Shown here in pieces: positions 63,955 through 64,000 of a stretch of 64,000 nucleotides of DNA. The translations under genes were made by a program, and so were the position numbers. Every line of letters begins with the position of its first letter. Within the stretch, counting starts at the first letter, position 1. The stretch spans positions 29,638,001 through 29,702,000 of the forward strand of contig CM052816.1 in assembly GCA_028534125.1 (NCBI GenBank), written 5' to 3'. The notes below the pieces were generated by a model that searched no databases, was not told the DNA's origin, and saw only the letters and a list, made by a program, of their open reading frames with translations. This stretch comes from Lama glama. Lineage: Eukaryota.

Positions 63955-64000
63955 CATATAAACTTCTCACTGAAGTTTAAGTTATATAGAAGTTGGTCCA

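Noticed and set aside
53021..64000. DTWD2 exon 5 within the window
   Set aside because: I found no segment encoding the expected continuation (VQLKT...LSTLEC-like); it should lie downstream of the window.
1..64000. A novel multi-gene biological system
   Set aside because: Only one gene, a known one, is supported. The remaining structure is explained by common mammalian repeats and local mutational events.

Overview
Mammalian genomic DNA, AT-rich and repeat-dense. It is most likely camelid (alpaca/llama/camel), judged from three vic-1-type tRNA-derived SINEs and camelid/cetartiodactyl-type L1 3' ends. The window holds the 5' part of one protein-coding gene, DTWD2 (tRNA-uridine aminocarboxypropyltransferase 2), on the + strand. 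Its CpG-island promoter lies at ~27.4-27.9 kb. Coding exons 1-4 are 27548-27765, 47368-47458, 50545-50639 and 52828-53020; they splice with GT-AG introns into 199 uninterrupted codons, including the CxxC...CxC and DGTW motifs. The remaining exons lie beyond the window. The rest is intergenic or intronic DNA rich in L1, L2, MIR, MaLR/ERVL/ERV1 LTRs, DNA transposons and microsatellites. Apart from the exon 1 ORF, I found no ORF in the track that I can support as a gene: the others are repeat-derived or look like chance ORFs. I see no convincing novel biological system. The most interesting local features are: an internally deleted sense-orientation ERV provirus with a tRNA-Arg PBS in intron 1; a four-level nest of LTRs upstream of the promoter; two small polyadenylated retro-inserts; a start-stop uORF and a competing stop-containing 5' splice site at exon 1; and inverted SINEs flanking exons 2-4. 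Repeat family names come from recalled consensus sequences, not from a database search, and repeat boundaries are approximate unless a TSD is quoted.
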